Positions 29,985-39,558 of a stretch of 64,000 nucleotides of DNA are shown here, one piece after another. Made by a program: the position numbers and the translations under genes. The notes beneath the pieces were generated by a model. The model did no database searches. It saw only the letters and a program-made list of their open reading frames with translations, and was not told where the DNA came from. Source of the stretch: Gemmatimonadota bacterium (GTDB taxonomy: Bacteria; Gemmatimonadota; Gemmatimonadetes; Longimicrobiales; Gaopeijiaceae); contig JBDHHQ010000006.1 in the NCBI GenBank assembly GCA_039589315.1, forward strand, positions 1 through 64,000. Reading direction: 5' to 3'. Positions within the stretch are counted from its first letter, which is position 1, and every line of letters starts with the position of its first letter.

Positions 29985-32296
29985 GGTCGAGGCTCCTTCA
30001 CGTCGAAGACGAACTTCATGCCGGACTCCAGGTGCTCGGCAATGTGGCAATGAACCATCCAGCGTCCGGGGTTGGTGACGTCCAGGAGGATGTCCGTCAC
30101 GGATCCGGCCGGCAACAACACCGTGTCCTTCCACACCAGGTTGGGGTTGGCGCGCCCGTTCTGCTCCAGCACCAGGAAGCGCTGGCCGTGGATGTGGAGG
30201 GGGTGCTGCATGGCGTGGAAGGCCGAGCGGTCGTTGGTAACCCGGATCTTCACCACGTCCCCGACCCGGAGGTCCCAGTCGATGTCCATGTTCTCCCGGC
30301 CCGTGACCGGGTCCCGGACGATCCACGCGACCTCCTCTCCCGTGCTCGCCCAGTTCATCACGGGCATGGTGCCGGTCCACTCGACGGGGTTGAAGTAGAC
30401 CCAGTCGTAGAGCATGGACTGCTCCACCTGTGTGGGTAGGTTCGACACCTCGAGCGTCAGGACCAGCTCTCGCTCGGGGAGATCGTCGAACCGGTCCCGG
30501 AACTGGTCGATGTCCGCCACCACGTCGGCGTTCGTGCGGAGGATCGAGAACGCCGCTGCATGGCTCTCGGCGGTGGGCTCATCCGAGACCAGGATCGTTC
30601 CCAGCTCGGACATCTCCGGCAGGAACACCCCCATGCGGTGGTTGATGCCCTGGACGCGGTTCTGCAGGGCGTAGATCCCTGGTTGCTCAAACAGCACGTC
30701 GACGACGTACCGCTCCGCTGGGGAGACGACCACGCTCTCCACCATCTCCTCTCGCTCGAACCGGCTTACGTCCGAGGCCACGACTTTGAGCGGGAGCGTG
30801 CTCGGAGCCTCCGCCCTCGAGCCGGGATCCTCTCGAGAGGCTCGGAGCGAGACGTTGAACGTCCTCGTGTTCGAGACGTTGGTGAAGAAGAACCGGACCA
30901 CCTCTCCCTGGTCCACCCGTTGCTCGAAGGAGGGCTCGCCGTTCACGAGGAACACGTTCCCGAACCGGCCCATGAGCATGTAGTTGGCCGACTCCCGCCC
31001 GAACGGCACGACGCCCTCGTCGTCCAGGAGCAGGTCGTCCAGCATCAGGACCACTTCCCGGTTGGAGGGGCCGTAGGCGCCCGGCTTCACCGGATCCACC
31101 AGCATGTTGCCGTAGAGTCCCAACTCCTGCTGCACGTCCTCCCGGTGGTGGGGGTGGTACCAGTAGATCCCGGCATCTGGGAAGTGGACCTGGTAGCGGA
31201 AGGTCTCACCGGGCTCGATGGGGTCCTGGGTGACGCCGGGCACTCCGTCGAAGCGGTTGTCGTGACGGAGCCCGTGCCAGTGGACCGACGTGGGATAGGG
31301 TGTACGGTTCTCCACGTTGACGAAGATCGTCGCCTCCTGGTCCACGCGGATCAGGGGGCCCGGGTGCTGGCCGTTGAAGGCGAGCATCACGAGCTCCCGG
31401 CCACGGATGGTCCGGCGCACGAGATCAGCGACCAGATCCAGCGTACCGCCGTTGGGCAGCTTCACCCACTGACGGGACGTGGCCTCGGGCAGGTCCGCGA
31501 CCGCCACGCCGGATGGAAGGAGCGGAGCCACGCGCGGCCGAAGTGCCATGACTCCGGGGAGCATGGGAACACCTTCGTACCTGGGTGGCATGGCCCACTC
31601 CTCCGAGTGGGCGCGCCCGGCCACGACCTGCTCTGCCGACGGCGCCTGGGCGAGGAGGTCGTGGGCTTCCATGCGGCTCGACGGCGACCGCGCTCGGAGC
31701 ACCAAGGGCCCGGTCCGCTGGGTGACGTCCCCCGAGGCCTCCGCGGTGATCAGGATCATGAACTTGTTGAAGGCGACTCGACCCAGGTCGTTCCGGCCGC
31801 CTGTCACCTCGCCGAGCTTGACGACCGGGTCGAGCACGAGGGGTGTGGCCCATGCGACATAGGCGTTGTAGGGACCGAGCGCCGACGGCTCGGGGAGTCC
31901 CTCGATCCAGGCGGTGAGCTCGTTGACATGATGCCCATCCGGCGTGACTGCGACACCGAAGGGAGTCCGCGCCGCGGCCAGCTCGACCACGCCCGTTGCG
32001 TCGCCTCCCCGGGCGGCGGAGAAGAGTCGGGCGCAGAACAGGTCGGAGGTCAAGCGATCGGGGTTCCGGATGCCACCAGCCGGGCCCCGCTGGGAGGCCT
32101 GCGGTTCCCGTGGTACCCCGTCGGCCGTCAGCACATCGCCGCAGAGCCGTGACTCCGCGGCCAGCTGCCCAGAGGCCGAGACCGCGGTCACGGCGGCTGC
32201 GACCAGGGTCAGGAACCCGGCAAGGCCAGGCCATCCCCGCCGAGCGAGGCCCCGGCCCACGGAGAGCGAGCTCGACGCTCGGGTTCGGACGATCAC
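29981..32296 (-). CDS. Multicopper oxidase with N-terminal extension
   Basis: All four copper motifs: HWHG, WYHPH, HPLHIHG, HCHIAEHLESGM. GTG 32296 overlaps the upstream stop. The longer ORF-track start at 33496 lies inside another gene. Confidence 0.9.
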   Translation of the reverse strand: MIVRTRASSSLSVGRGLARRGWPGLAGFLTLVAAAVTAVSASGQLAAESRLCGDVLTADGVPREPQASQRGPAGGIRNPDRLTSDLFCARLFSAARGGDATGVVELAAARTPFGVAVTPDGHHVNELTAWIEGLPEPSALGPYNAYVAWATPLVLDPVVKLGEVTGGRNDLGRVAFNKFMILITAEASGDVTQRTGPLVLRARSPSSRMEAHDLLAQAPSAEQVVAGRAHSEEWAMPPRYEGVPMLPGVMALRPRVAPLLPSGVAVADLPEATSRQWVKLPNGGTLDLVADLVRRTIRGRELVMLAFNGQHPGPLIRVDQEATIFVNVENRTPYPTSVHWHGLRHDNRFDGVPGVTQDPIEPGETFRYQVHFPDAGIYWYHPHHREDVQQELGLYGNMLVDPVKPGAYGPSNREVVLMLDDLLLDDEGVVPFGRESANYMLMGRFGNVFLVNGEPSFEQRVDQGEVVRFFFTNVSNTRTFNVSLRASREDPGSRAEAPSTLPLKVVASDVSRFEREEMVESVVVSPAERYVVDVLFEQPGIYALQNRVQGINHRMGVFLPEMSELGTILVSDEPTAESHAAAFSILRTNADVVADIDQFRDRFDDLPERELVLTLEVSNLPTQVEQSMLYDWVYFNPVEWTGTMPVMNWASTGEEVAWIVRDPVTGRENMDIDWDLRVGDVVKIRVTNDRSAFHAMQHPLHIHGQRFLVLEQNGRANPNLVWKDTVLLPAGSVTDILLDVTNPGRWMVHCHIAEHLESGMKFVFDVKEPRP

Positions 32297-35200
32297 GCCA
32301 CGCCCGGCACGCGGGGTGCCACGACTGGGCCCACCCCGTTCGACTCCAGCAGGCGGTTCAGCGCGTCGAGCTCGTCCCGCAGGATGGCTTGCACGACCTC
32401 CAGCTCGAGGGTCAGCTCCTGGTCCACGTCCCGGAAGCGCTCCTGAAGCCCTTCCGTGGGACGGGCGTCGATGTGCTCGCCGCGCTGCGTCTGGGCCGCC
32501 GTGATCAGCCAGTTGAGCTGCCGGCGAACCCGACCCGGTTGGTCGAATAGGCCCAGCTCCTGGACCAGGCCATCGCGGGCCGCCTGGAGTCGCTCGGAGA
32601 GTTGCGCACTCTCCGTGACAGCTCCGTCCACCCAGCCGGCGTCCGGGAACGACTCCGGCAGCCGTTGCTCCAGGCTCGTCAGCTGGTCGCGGACATCGTC
32701 GATGCGGCCCACCGCGTCGTCCAGGGCCGAGAGGCGGGCCATGGCCTCGTACAGGAAGTCGAACTGGTCTTGGAGGTGGGCCACCGAGACCGTGGTGAGG
32801 CGGGGGTCCTTCAGGACCGTGAGCGGCTGGGTATCGCTCCAGCCGTCCACGTCCAAGCGGACTCGATACTCGCCGGGCACGGCTCGGGGACCTCCGCCGG
32901 AGGTGAGGTCGCGGCCCGGCCTGGCGTACCGCAGATCCCAGACCAGTCGTTGTGATCCCGCCTCGGAGGGTATCCCCTCGAGGCGCCGGACCACGTCGCC
33001 GTCGGCCTCCAGGATCTCCAGCGCCACGGAGCCCGCGCCGGCGGCCAGCTGGTAGTAGATGACCGCCCCTTCCGGCGCGTTGGTGCCCTTCGCGTCCTCC
33101 GGAATCATGGCGCCGAAGACGTGGTCCCGGGCGTAGTGGCCCGGGCCGTCCTGCCAGCGGGAGCGGTAGGCCGGGCGCGGTCGGTGGAGACGGCCTTCCC
33201 CGACTTCGCCCGCGTCGACCTGCCGCAGCAGGCTCAGATCGTCCAGGATCCAGAAGCCGCGGCCCTGCGTCGCCACGGCCAGGTCCCCGAAGGTGGGTTG
33301 GATGGCCAGGTCCGTGATGGGGGATGCCGGCAGCCCCCCCTCGAGCTCCTGCCAGGACGCGCCATCGTCCAGCGAGACGAAGAGGCCGAACTCGGCACCC
33401 GCGAACAGCAGGCCCTCCCGTTCGGGATCCTCCCGGATCGTCCGGGTCGGGTGACCTGCCGGGATACCGTTCATGCCGTCGGCGATGCGGATCCACGTGG
33501 CGCCGTAGTCGTCGGTCCGATATAGGTAGGGCTGCCAGTCGTCCAGGCGGTATCGGTAGGCCGCCAGGTAGGCCCGCTCCGGACGGTGTGGCGAGGGCTC
33601 GATGCGGTTGACCGTGGCGGGCATGGGCAGGTCGGGTGGCGTCACGTCGGACCAGCTCTCGCCCCCATCCCGGCTCAGGTGCACCCGCCCGTCGTTCGAT
33701 CCCGTCCAGAGAACCCCCTGCTGGAGAGGCGATTCCCGGATCTGCAGGAGCGCCGACCAGATCTCGACACCGGTCACGTCGAAGCTGACGGGGCCCCCGG
33801 CCATGGCGAAGCGGGCGGTGTCATTCCCCGTCAGGTCCGGTGAGATGATCTCCCACCGGTGTCCTTCGTCCGTGGAGCGGTGAACGAACTGGGACCCCAC
33901 GTACAGCACGTCCGGGTCGTGGGGCGAGATCTCCAGGGCGAAGTTCCACTGCATGCGGTACCGCAGGTCAGCCTCCGCCATCCCCTCCTGGTTCTGGGGA
34001 TAGGGCCGAACCTGGCGGAACTCCTCGGTGCGCGTGTCGGTCCGGGCCAGGCGGCCGCCGAAACAGCCGCTGAAGACCACGGCCGGGTCGTCGGGACGAG
34101 GTAGGATGGGGCCGGTCTCGCACCCGCCGTGGGACCGCCAATGCTGGAGCGTCACTCCCGTGCCGGTGGCCGCGGTGGGGAGCGAGAGGGACGAGTTGTC
34201 CTGCTGGGTGCCGTAGACGCGGTAAGGGAACTGGTCGTCCACCACCACCGAGTACATCTCGGCGGTAGGTTGGTTGAGCTGGCTCGACCAGGTGCGGCCG
34301 CCATCCAGCGTCACCGTGGCCCCGCCGTCATTCCCCTCCACCATGATCCTGGGATCGTCCGGGTTGATCCAGAGATCGTGATGGTCGCTGTGCGGCATGC
34401 GGAGCGACTGGAAGGTCCGCCCTCCGTCCACCGACTTCCACAGGCCCGAGTTCAGCGCCCAGAGGGTGTTCTCGTCCGTGGGGTCCGCGTGGAGATGGTT
34501 GTAGTACCACGGCCGGGAGCGGATCCTCCGGTCGGGGTTGAGCAGGGCCCACGTCTCGCCTCCGTCCTCCGAGCGGTACAACCCTGCGTCGTCGTCGGGC
34601 GCCTCGACCAGCGCCCAGACCCGGTCCGGATTCGTCGGGGCCACGGTCAGGCCGATCTTGCCGATGAGCCCCGAGGGAAGCCCGTTCTCCAGCTTTCGCC
34701 AGGAGTCCCCGGCATCCGTCGTCTTGTAGACGCCACCCTCCGGTGCGCCCGAGATCATGGTCCACGGCTTCCGCTCCCCACGCCACAGCGCCGCGTACAG
34801 GATGCGAGGGTTCGAGGGGTCCATGACCAAGTCGATGGCGCCGATGGAATCCGAGTGGAAGAGGACCTTGTCCCAGGTGGCGCCTCCGTCAGTCGAGCGG
34901 AAGACGCCCCTCTTTTCGTTGCGCCCGAAGGGGTTGCCCGTGGCGGCGAGGAAGACGTGATCCGGGTCGCGGGGGTGGGTTCGAATGCGGGCCACGGTTC
35001 CGGTTTCGCTCATACCCAGGAACCGCCAGGTGCGGCCTCGGTCGTCCGAGCGCCACACGCCCTTGCCGGTGGTGGCGTTCCCCCGAATCGCGGCCGAGCC
35101 CGTGCCGACGTAGATCACGTTGGGGTCGGCCTCAGCCACCTCGACGGCTCCGATGGAGCCCACGTCCAGCCAACCGTCGGTCACGTTCCGCCAAGACGTG

Positions 35201-35454
35201 CCGGCGTTCTCGGTGATCCACACGCCGCCACCGGTCGAGCCCATGAAGAACGTGTGCGGCCGCCCCGGCACGCCGTCCACTGCCGTGACCCGTCCGCCGC
35301 GGAAGGGCCCCAGCTGGCGGAAGGTCAGGGCGTTGAGCGTGGGGGGCGGCAGCGGGCCGTCCTGCGCCCGGAGCGGGATGGCGCCTTCAGTCGTAACCAG
35401 GCCGAAGAGGACGAGCCAGACGGCGGGGCGGGGGACGCGAGTCCGGAGCGGCAT
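32293..35454 (-). CDS. Vps10/BNR-repeat beta-propeller protein (putative glycosyl hydrolase), secreted
   Basis: Signal peptide, FRQLGPFRGGR, Asp boxes, RPWYY, PHSDHHDLWINP. Third paralog in the window. Confidence 0.88.
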   Translation of the reverse strand: MPLRTRVPRPAVWLVLFGLVTTEGAIPLRAQDGPLPPPTLNALTFRQLGPFRGGRVTAVDGVPGRPHTFFMGSTGGGVWITENAGTSWRNVTDGWLDVGSIGAVEVAEADPNVIYVGTGSAAIRGNATTGKGVWRSDDRGRTWRFLGMSETGTVARIRTHPRDPDHVFLAATGNPFGRNEKRGVFRSTDGGATWDKVLFHSDSIGAIDLVMDPSNPRILYAALWRGERKPWTMISGAPEGGVYKTTDAGDSWRKLENGLPSGLIGKIGLTVAPTNPDRVWALVEAPDDDAGLYRSEDGGETWALLNPDRRIRSRPWYYNHLHADPTDENTLWALNSGLWKSVDGGRTFQSLRMPHSDHHDLWINPDDPRIMVEGNDGGATVTLDGGRTWSSQLNQPTAEMYSVVVDDQFPYRVYGTQQDNSSLSLPTAATGTGVTLQHWRSHGGCETGPILPRPDDPAVVFSGCFGGRLARTDTRTEEFRQVRPYPQNQEGMAEADLRYRMQWNFALEISPHDPDVLYVGSQFVHRSTDEGHRWEIISPDLTGNDTARFAMAGGPVSFDVTGVEIWSALLQIRESPLQQGVLWTGSNDGRVHLSRDGGESWSDVTPPDLPMPATVNRIEPSPHRPERAYLAAYRYRLDDWQPYLYRTDDYGATWIRIADGMNGIPAGHPTRTIREDPEREGLLFAGAEFGLFVSLDDGASWQELEGGLPASPITDLAIQPTFGDLAVATQGRGFWILDDLSLLRQVDAGEVGEGRLHRPRPAYRSRWQDGPGHYARDHVFGAMIPEDAKGTNAPEGAVIYYQLAAGAGSVALEILEADGDVVRRLEGIPSEAGSQRLVWDLRYARPGRDLTSGGGPRAVPGEYRVRLDVDGWSDTQPLTVLKDPRLTTVSVAHLQDQFDFLYEAMARLSALDDAVGRIDDVRDQLTSLEQRLPESFPDAGWVDGAVTESAQLSERLQAARDGLVQELGLFDQPGRVRRQLNWLITAAQTQRGEHIDARPTEGLQERFRDVDQELTLELEVVQAILRDELDALNRLLESNGVGPVVAPRVPGVA

Positions 35455-35512
35455 CGGGTGACCCTGTGTCGGTGGCGGTTTGAAGCTGGGGAGCGCCAGG
35501 AAGACTTCCCCC

Positions 35513-35549
35513 GGGGACCCGGCCGGGTCAAGGGCGAAGCCGGGTCCCC
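35513..35549 (-). terminator. Hairpin downstream of doxX-like gene
   Basis: 11-bp stem ggggacccggc / gccgggtcccc. No clear U tract. Confidence 0.4.
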
Positions 35550-35571
35550 CGAGGCCGCCACCGAAGATCGG

Positions 35572-36075
35572 TTACCTGGACAGGAGCCGGTCGACCGAGA
35601 GGCCGCCGCTTCCACGGATCACGACAGCGACCGCGATGCCGATGGCGAGCAGGAAGAACTCGACCCCTTCGCCGGGCTGGGTTCCCGCCCAGTTCATGAA
35701 GAACCCGTTCTGCAGGTGCGACGTCGCGGCCGCCACCACCATCACCGCGCCAACGCCCAGTGCCGCGAACCGCCCCATGACGCCCAGGATCAGAGCGAGG
35801 CCGCCGAAGAACTCGACCAGGATGGCAAGCAAGGCGAAGACGGCCGGGATCCCCATGGTCTCCGTGAAGAAGGTCATCGTTCCGGTGAAGCCATACCCGC
35901 CGAACCAGCCCAGCAGCTTCTGCGCGCCGTGGGGAAGGATCATGACCCCCAGCGCGAGGCGTAGAATCAGGCCGGTCGCCTCGGCATCCGTGGCCAACAG
36001 GCGGCGGAGTGTCCGGGGAATCGTCTGGGACGACGAGAAGTCGAGTGCGTCGAGCGTTGCTGTCGTCGTGCTCAT
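35572..36075 (-). CDS. DoxX family membrane protein
   Basis: LILRLALG..ILPHGAQKLLGWFGG.G, EFFGG, NGFFMNW.G...GEG.EF, GSGGLSVD. AAGGAG RBS. Confidence 0.92.
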   Translation of the reverse strand: MSTTTATLDALDFSSSQTIPRTLRRLLATDAEATGLILRLALGVMILPHGAQKLLGWFGGYGFTGTMTFFTETMGIPAVFALLAILVEFFGGLALILGVMGRFAALGVGAVMVVAAATSHLQNGFFMNWAGTQPGEGVEFFLLAIGIAVAVVIRGSGGLSVDRLLSR

Positions 36076-36139
36076 GAGAAAACTCCTTGTGATAGCAATT
36101 GTTGACTAGACAGGTATTACTCCAATGAAAACCTGCTCT

Positions 36140-36575
36140 TCATCGCGGTAGACCCGCCCGGACGCGGTCGAGAAGCGCGATCAGCTCCATTGTCTGGGCC
36201 GTGTCCAGCCCCTGCAGCGCCTCTTCGTCCCTCCGGTCCACGAGGTCACAGGACACAGCGACGATCCGAGGCCAACCGCTCCCGTTCCACGAGGCCCTTC
36301 TTCTCGAGGCGATCGATGAGCCGCGTGATCCCGGGCGTGGGTTGGATCAACCGCTCACCGATCTCCAGCGTCGGCAGTCCGGCAGGGCCAGCACCCCGGA
36401 GAATCCGCAGCACGTTGTACTGCTGGACCGTGAGGTCGTGGGCGGCCAGAGACTGCTCCAGGAAGCGATGCACCACGTCCGCCGCCCGGGCCAGGGCCAC
36501 AAGGGCTTCCTGAGCCGGCGACCGGAACGGCCGGGTCTGCCGGATCTCCTCGCGCACTGAAGTGGGCGTGTCCAT
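36140..36575 (-). pseudogene. MarR family regulator disrupted by an internal frameshifting deletion
   Basis: MarR core (LTVQQYNVLRILRGA...ITRLIDRLEKKGLVERER..DRRCVL) stops at TGA 36246-36248. The MarR-like C-terminal helix DLVDRRDEEALQGL...LIALLDRVRAGLPR* continues in a shifted frame to 36140. Confidence 0.8.
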
Positions 36576-36581
36576 GCAGAT

Positions 36582-36610
36582 ACTATAATAGTCATTAAAT
36601 AACCAGTCAA
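36582..36610 (-). promoter_or_regulatory. Sigma70 promoter of marR, probably leaderless
   Basis: TTGACT-17-TATAGT, then 6 nt to ATG. No RBS. Confidence 0.8.
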
Positions 36611-36679
36611 GTAAGTTCCGGCAGAAGAAACGCCGCGTGTGCGAGATCAGCACCGTTGAAGAGGCTGGGATGGGGCGCC

Positions 36680-38953
36680 TCAACCCATGAGCTTCTTCAG
36701 GAGGCTTCGCACGGCGCCCTCGTACCGCTTCACGACGAGGACGGAAGCCGGCGAATACCGAGCCACTCGCTCTGGGATCTCTCCCAGCAGGATCTTCTGA
36801 AAGAGGGGCTCGCGCGCGGCGCCGAGAATCACCAGGTCGTATTCCCGGCTCGCCTGGGCGAGCCCTCCGGCGATGGACCTGGACTCGATGACCGTCTCCT
36901 CGACCGAGACCTCCGGACCGATGAGGTCCGTCGTCTTCTCGATCCACCGACCCGCCTCGACTCGATCCCGCTCCGTGGCGCCCGGCGGCACCACGTTCAC
37001 CGCCGTGACCTGCATGTCGAAGGCTTTGGCGAGCGTACCCAGCATCTCCCCGGCGAGGCGGGCGTGGCTTCCCCCCGCGGTCGGGAAGAGCACGCGTCGA
37101 AACCGGGCCTCCGGCACGAGCTTCAGCACGAGCAAGTCGCAGGGGGCGTGACGAATGATCTGATCCGCCACCTCGCCGAAGATCCGGTCCCTGGTGTTCG
37201 TGAACCCCTTCCAACCGATCAGGAGCAGTTCGGCCCGATGCCGCTCTGCGGCCTGAAGAATGCCCTCGTGCACCCGGTGCGCGACGATCACGTCGGTCTC
37301 CAGGTCCATCCCACGGTGAGACGCGTGCTCCCTGGCCGACCTCAGCAGGGGCTCCCGGTGGTGCGTGAAGCGAAGGCCTTCGTGGATGGGGAGCTGGATG
37401 GGCACGTTGACGACCGTGACGGCCACGAGCCGAAGACCTCGGGCCCGGGCCATGGGGATGGCGAAGTCCAGCATCGGCGCCACGTGGTCGGGGTTGTGCA
37501 GCGTGACCACGACGGACCGTTCCTCTCGGGTGGGCACACGGCTCGGAATCAGCACGCGGGGCTTCACCTCGGCGGACACCTTCTCGAAGTACCCGAAGTA
37601 GACGAGCAGGCCCAGGACGATCCAGCCGGCGGTGATGTACCACGCGAGGGGCTGGAAGCTGAACTGGTACAGGGCCAGGAAGACGTTCAGGACAACGCCG
37701 AGGATGGGCGTTACCGGATAGAACGGGACCTTGTAGCGTCGGGGAATCTCGGGTGCCTTCCGGCGAAGGGCGATGAGGGAGAGGTTCACCAGCGCGAACG
37801 TGAGCAGGAAGATCAGGCTGGCTGCCGAGCCCACCGCCTCGATGGGTAAGGTCAGGGCCATGGCCAGCAGGATGGCGCCGGTCAGGTAGATGGCGACGTC
37901 CGGCGTCCGCCGCTTCGGGTGGATTCGCGCCACTCCCCGCGGAAGCCACCGGTCCCGCGCCATCGAGAACGCAACGCGGGACGACGCCATGACCGTCGCG
38001 TTCAACGCCGACATGGTGGAGAGCAGGCCGCCGAAGACGATGACCGCCACACCGAACGCCGGCATGAAGTCCTCGGCAGCCCTGACGATGGCGGTTTCGC
38101 CGTACTCCCCGAGGAATTGCCAAGAGGGACGGTCGCCTGCCGAAACCGCCCCTAGGGAGACGAAGAGGATCAGCAGGTACATGGTGACGGTGATGGCCAA
38201 GGCGATGAAGGTGGCCCTGGGGATGTTCCTCTCCGGCTCCTTGATCTCCTCGGCGACGGTGGCGATCAGGTCGTAGCCCTCGAACGCGATGAAGGTGAGA
38301 CCCATGGCGACGATCACCCCTCCCGAGCCGAACGGGAAGAACGGCCTGAACTGCTGGGCCGCGGCGTCCGGGGCCCCCAGCACCTTCTCGAGGCCGTAGA
38401 AGATGAACACACCAAGGACCACCAGCTTGGCGATCGTGAGCGCATTCTCGGCCTTGCCCGTGACGGCCGCACCCCGGGCGTTCAGCGCGATGAACGCCAC
38501 TCCGATGAAGAGTGTGACGAAGAGGGTGGGCGCGTGCTCCCCCACCACGCCGAAGAACGCGTGGGTGACGCCCGGGAAGTACTTGAGGAAGAGCTCCCAG
38601 AAATAGCCGGCGAAGCCCAGCGCATACAGGCTGCACGCGACCGTGTAGGCGAACCAGAGCATCCACCCGGACGTGAAGCCGAGCGCACCCGGGAACGCCA
38701 TCCGCACGTAGGAATAGCCGCCGCCGGCTCGGGGGACGGCGGACGCGAGCTCCGCGTAGGCGAACGCGGTCATTAGCGTGACCACGCCATTGAGGGCGAA
38801 GGCCAGAATGGAGGCGGGTCCCGCTACGCCGGCCGCCATGCCCGTAAGCACGAAGATGCCGGCGCCGATCATGGCCCCGACGCCGATCATGGTGGCGTCG
38901 AAGAGCCCTAGATCCCGGGCGAACGTGGTCTGGGACGAATCGTGATGAGCCAT
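36680..38953 (-). CDS. APC family amino acid permease with C-terminal universal stress (USP) domains
   Basis: GVGAMIGAGIF, AELASAVPRAGGGY, FIAFEGY, AEEIKEPERNIP. C-terminal IFGEVADQIIRHAPCD and LLGEIPERVARYSPASVL. Confidence 0.9.
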   Translation of the reverse strand: MAHHDSSQTTFARDLGLFDATMIGVGAMIGAGIFVLTGMAAGVAGPASILAFALNGVVTLMTAFAYAELASAVPRAGGGYSYVRMAFPGALGFTSGWMLWFAYTVACSLYALGFAGYFWELFLKYFPGVTHAFFGVVGEHAPTLFVTLFIGVAFIALNARGAAVTGKAENALTIAKLVVLGVFIFYGLEKVLGAPDAAAQQFRPFFPFGSGGVIVAMGLTFIAFEGYDLIATVAEEIKEPERNIPRATFIALAITVTMYLLILFVSLGAVSAGDRPSWQFLGEYGETAIVRAAEDFMPAFGVAVIVFGGLLSTMSALNATVMASSRVAFSMARDRWLPRGVARIHPKRRTPDVAIYLTGAILLAMALTLPIEAVGSAASLIFLLTFALVNLSLIALRRKAPEIPRRYKVPFYPVTPILGVVLNVFLALYQFSFQPLAWYITAGWIVLGLLVYFGYFEKVSAEVKPRVLIPSRVPTREERSVVVTLHNPDHVAPMLDFAIPMARARGLRLVAVTVVNVPIQLPIHEGLRFTHHREPLLRSAREHASHRGMDLETDVIVAHRVHEGILQAAERHRAELLLIGWKGFTNTRDRIFGEVADQIIRHAPCDLLVLKLVPEARFRRVLFPTAGGSHARLAGEMLGTLAKAFDMQVTAVNVVPPGATERDRVEAGRWIEKTTDLIGPEVSVEETVIESRSIAGGLAQASREYDLVILGAAREPLFQKILLGEIPERVARYSPASVLVVKRYEGAVRSLLKKLMG

Positions 38954-39182
38954 GACCGACCGGACTGCGTGGTTGGGCCCAGCGTCGGGTCCGACGGTGC
39001 GACGAGGGACGGCGTCACAGTGGCCGCGCCGCTTCGGGGAGGCAAGACGCGGCGGGCGAGGCGGGGGGCGGCTGCTGCCCGATCCGAGCGACGGCCCGCG
39101 GACCGGAAGAACTCCCGGGGCCTCCCATCAGGACGATGACGGAAACGCTCGCGTTCCGGACGAGGTGACGTAAGCTTGGGAG

Positions 39183-39428
39183 ATGGTCAACTTCCCCGAT
39201 CCCCTGGACGAGGCGTTCCCGCTCGGCGATGGCACGGCCGATCTCGGCGCCGAGGCCTACTGCCCCTACTGCGGTGAGGTCGTCGAGCTGGCTCTCGATC
39301 CCGGGGGCGGCAGCGTCCAGGAATACGTCGAGGATTGCCCGGTCTGCTGCAGGCCGTGGCTGGTGACCGTCAGGTGGGACCTGGACGGGCTCGCCACGGT
39401 GGATTTGAAAGCCGAGGACGAGTCCTAG
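39183..39428 (+). CDS. CPXCG-motif cysteine-rich small protein
   Basis: CPYCGE...QEYVEDCPVCCRP. Confidence 0.85.
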   Translation: MVNFPDPLDEAFPLGDGTADLGAEAYCPYCGEVVELALDPGGGSVQEYVEDCPVCCRPWLVTVRWDLDGLATVDLKAEDES

Positions 39429-39558
39429 TGTGGCACCTCGCCAACACGGGGATCCCCGTCTGCCGCCGCAACGAGGATCGGCGGTCCAGCGGATCCGACG
39501 CTCCCGCGCCATTCGGCGCGTCCGTCACCTCCGACCCCGCCCGACGCGGCGCGGCCGC

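Noticed and set aside
27924..30053. Long antisense and alternate-frame ORFs (for example 27924-30053 +, 16586-18766 +, 34129-35964 +, the 5' parts of 29981-33496 and 36246-38666)
   Set aside because: Shadows of real genes in high-GC DNA: Arg/Pro/Gly-rich or antisense-type composition and no family motifs.
36246..36248. TGA in marR as selenocysteine (would give a CxxU motif)
   Set aside because: The in-frame sequence after the TGA is not MarR-like and the true C-terminus is in another frame, so a deletion explains it better.
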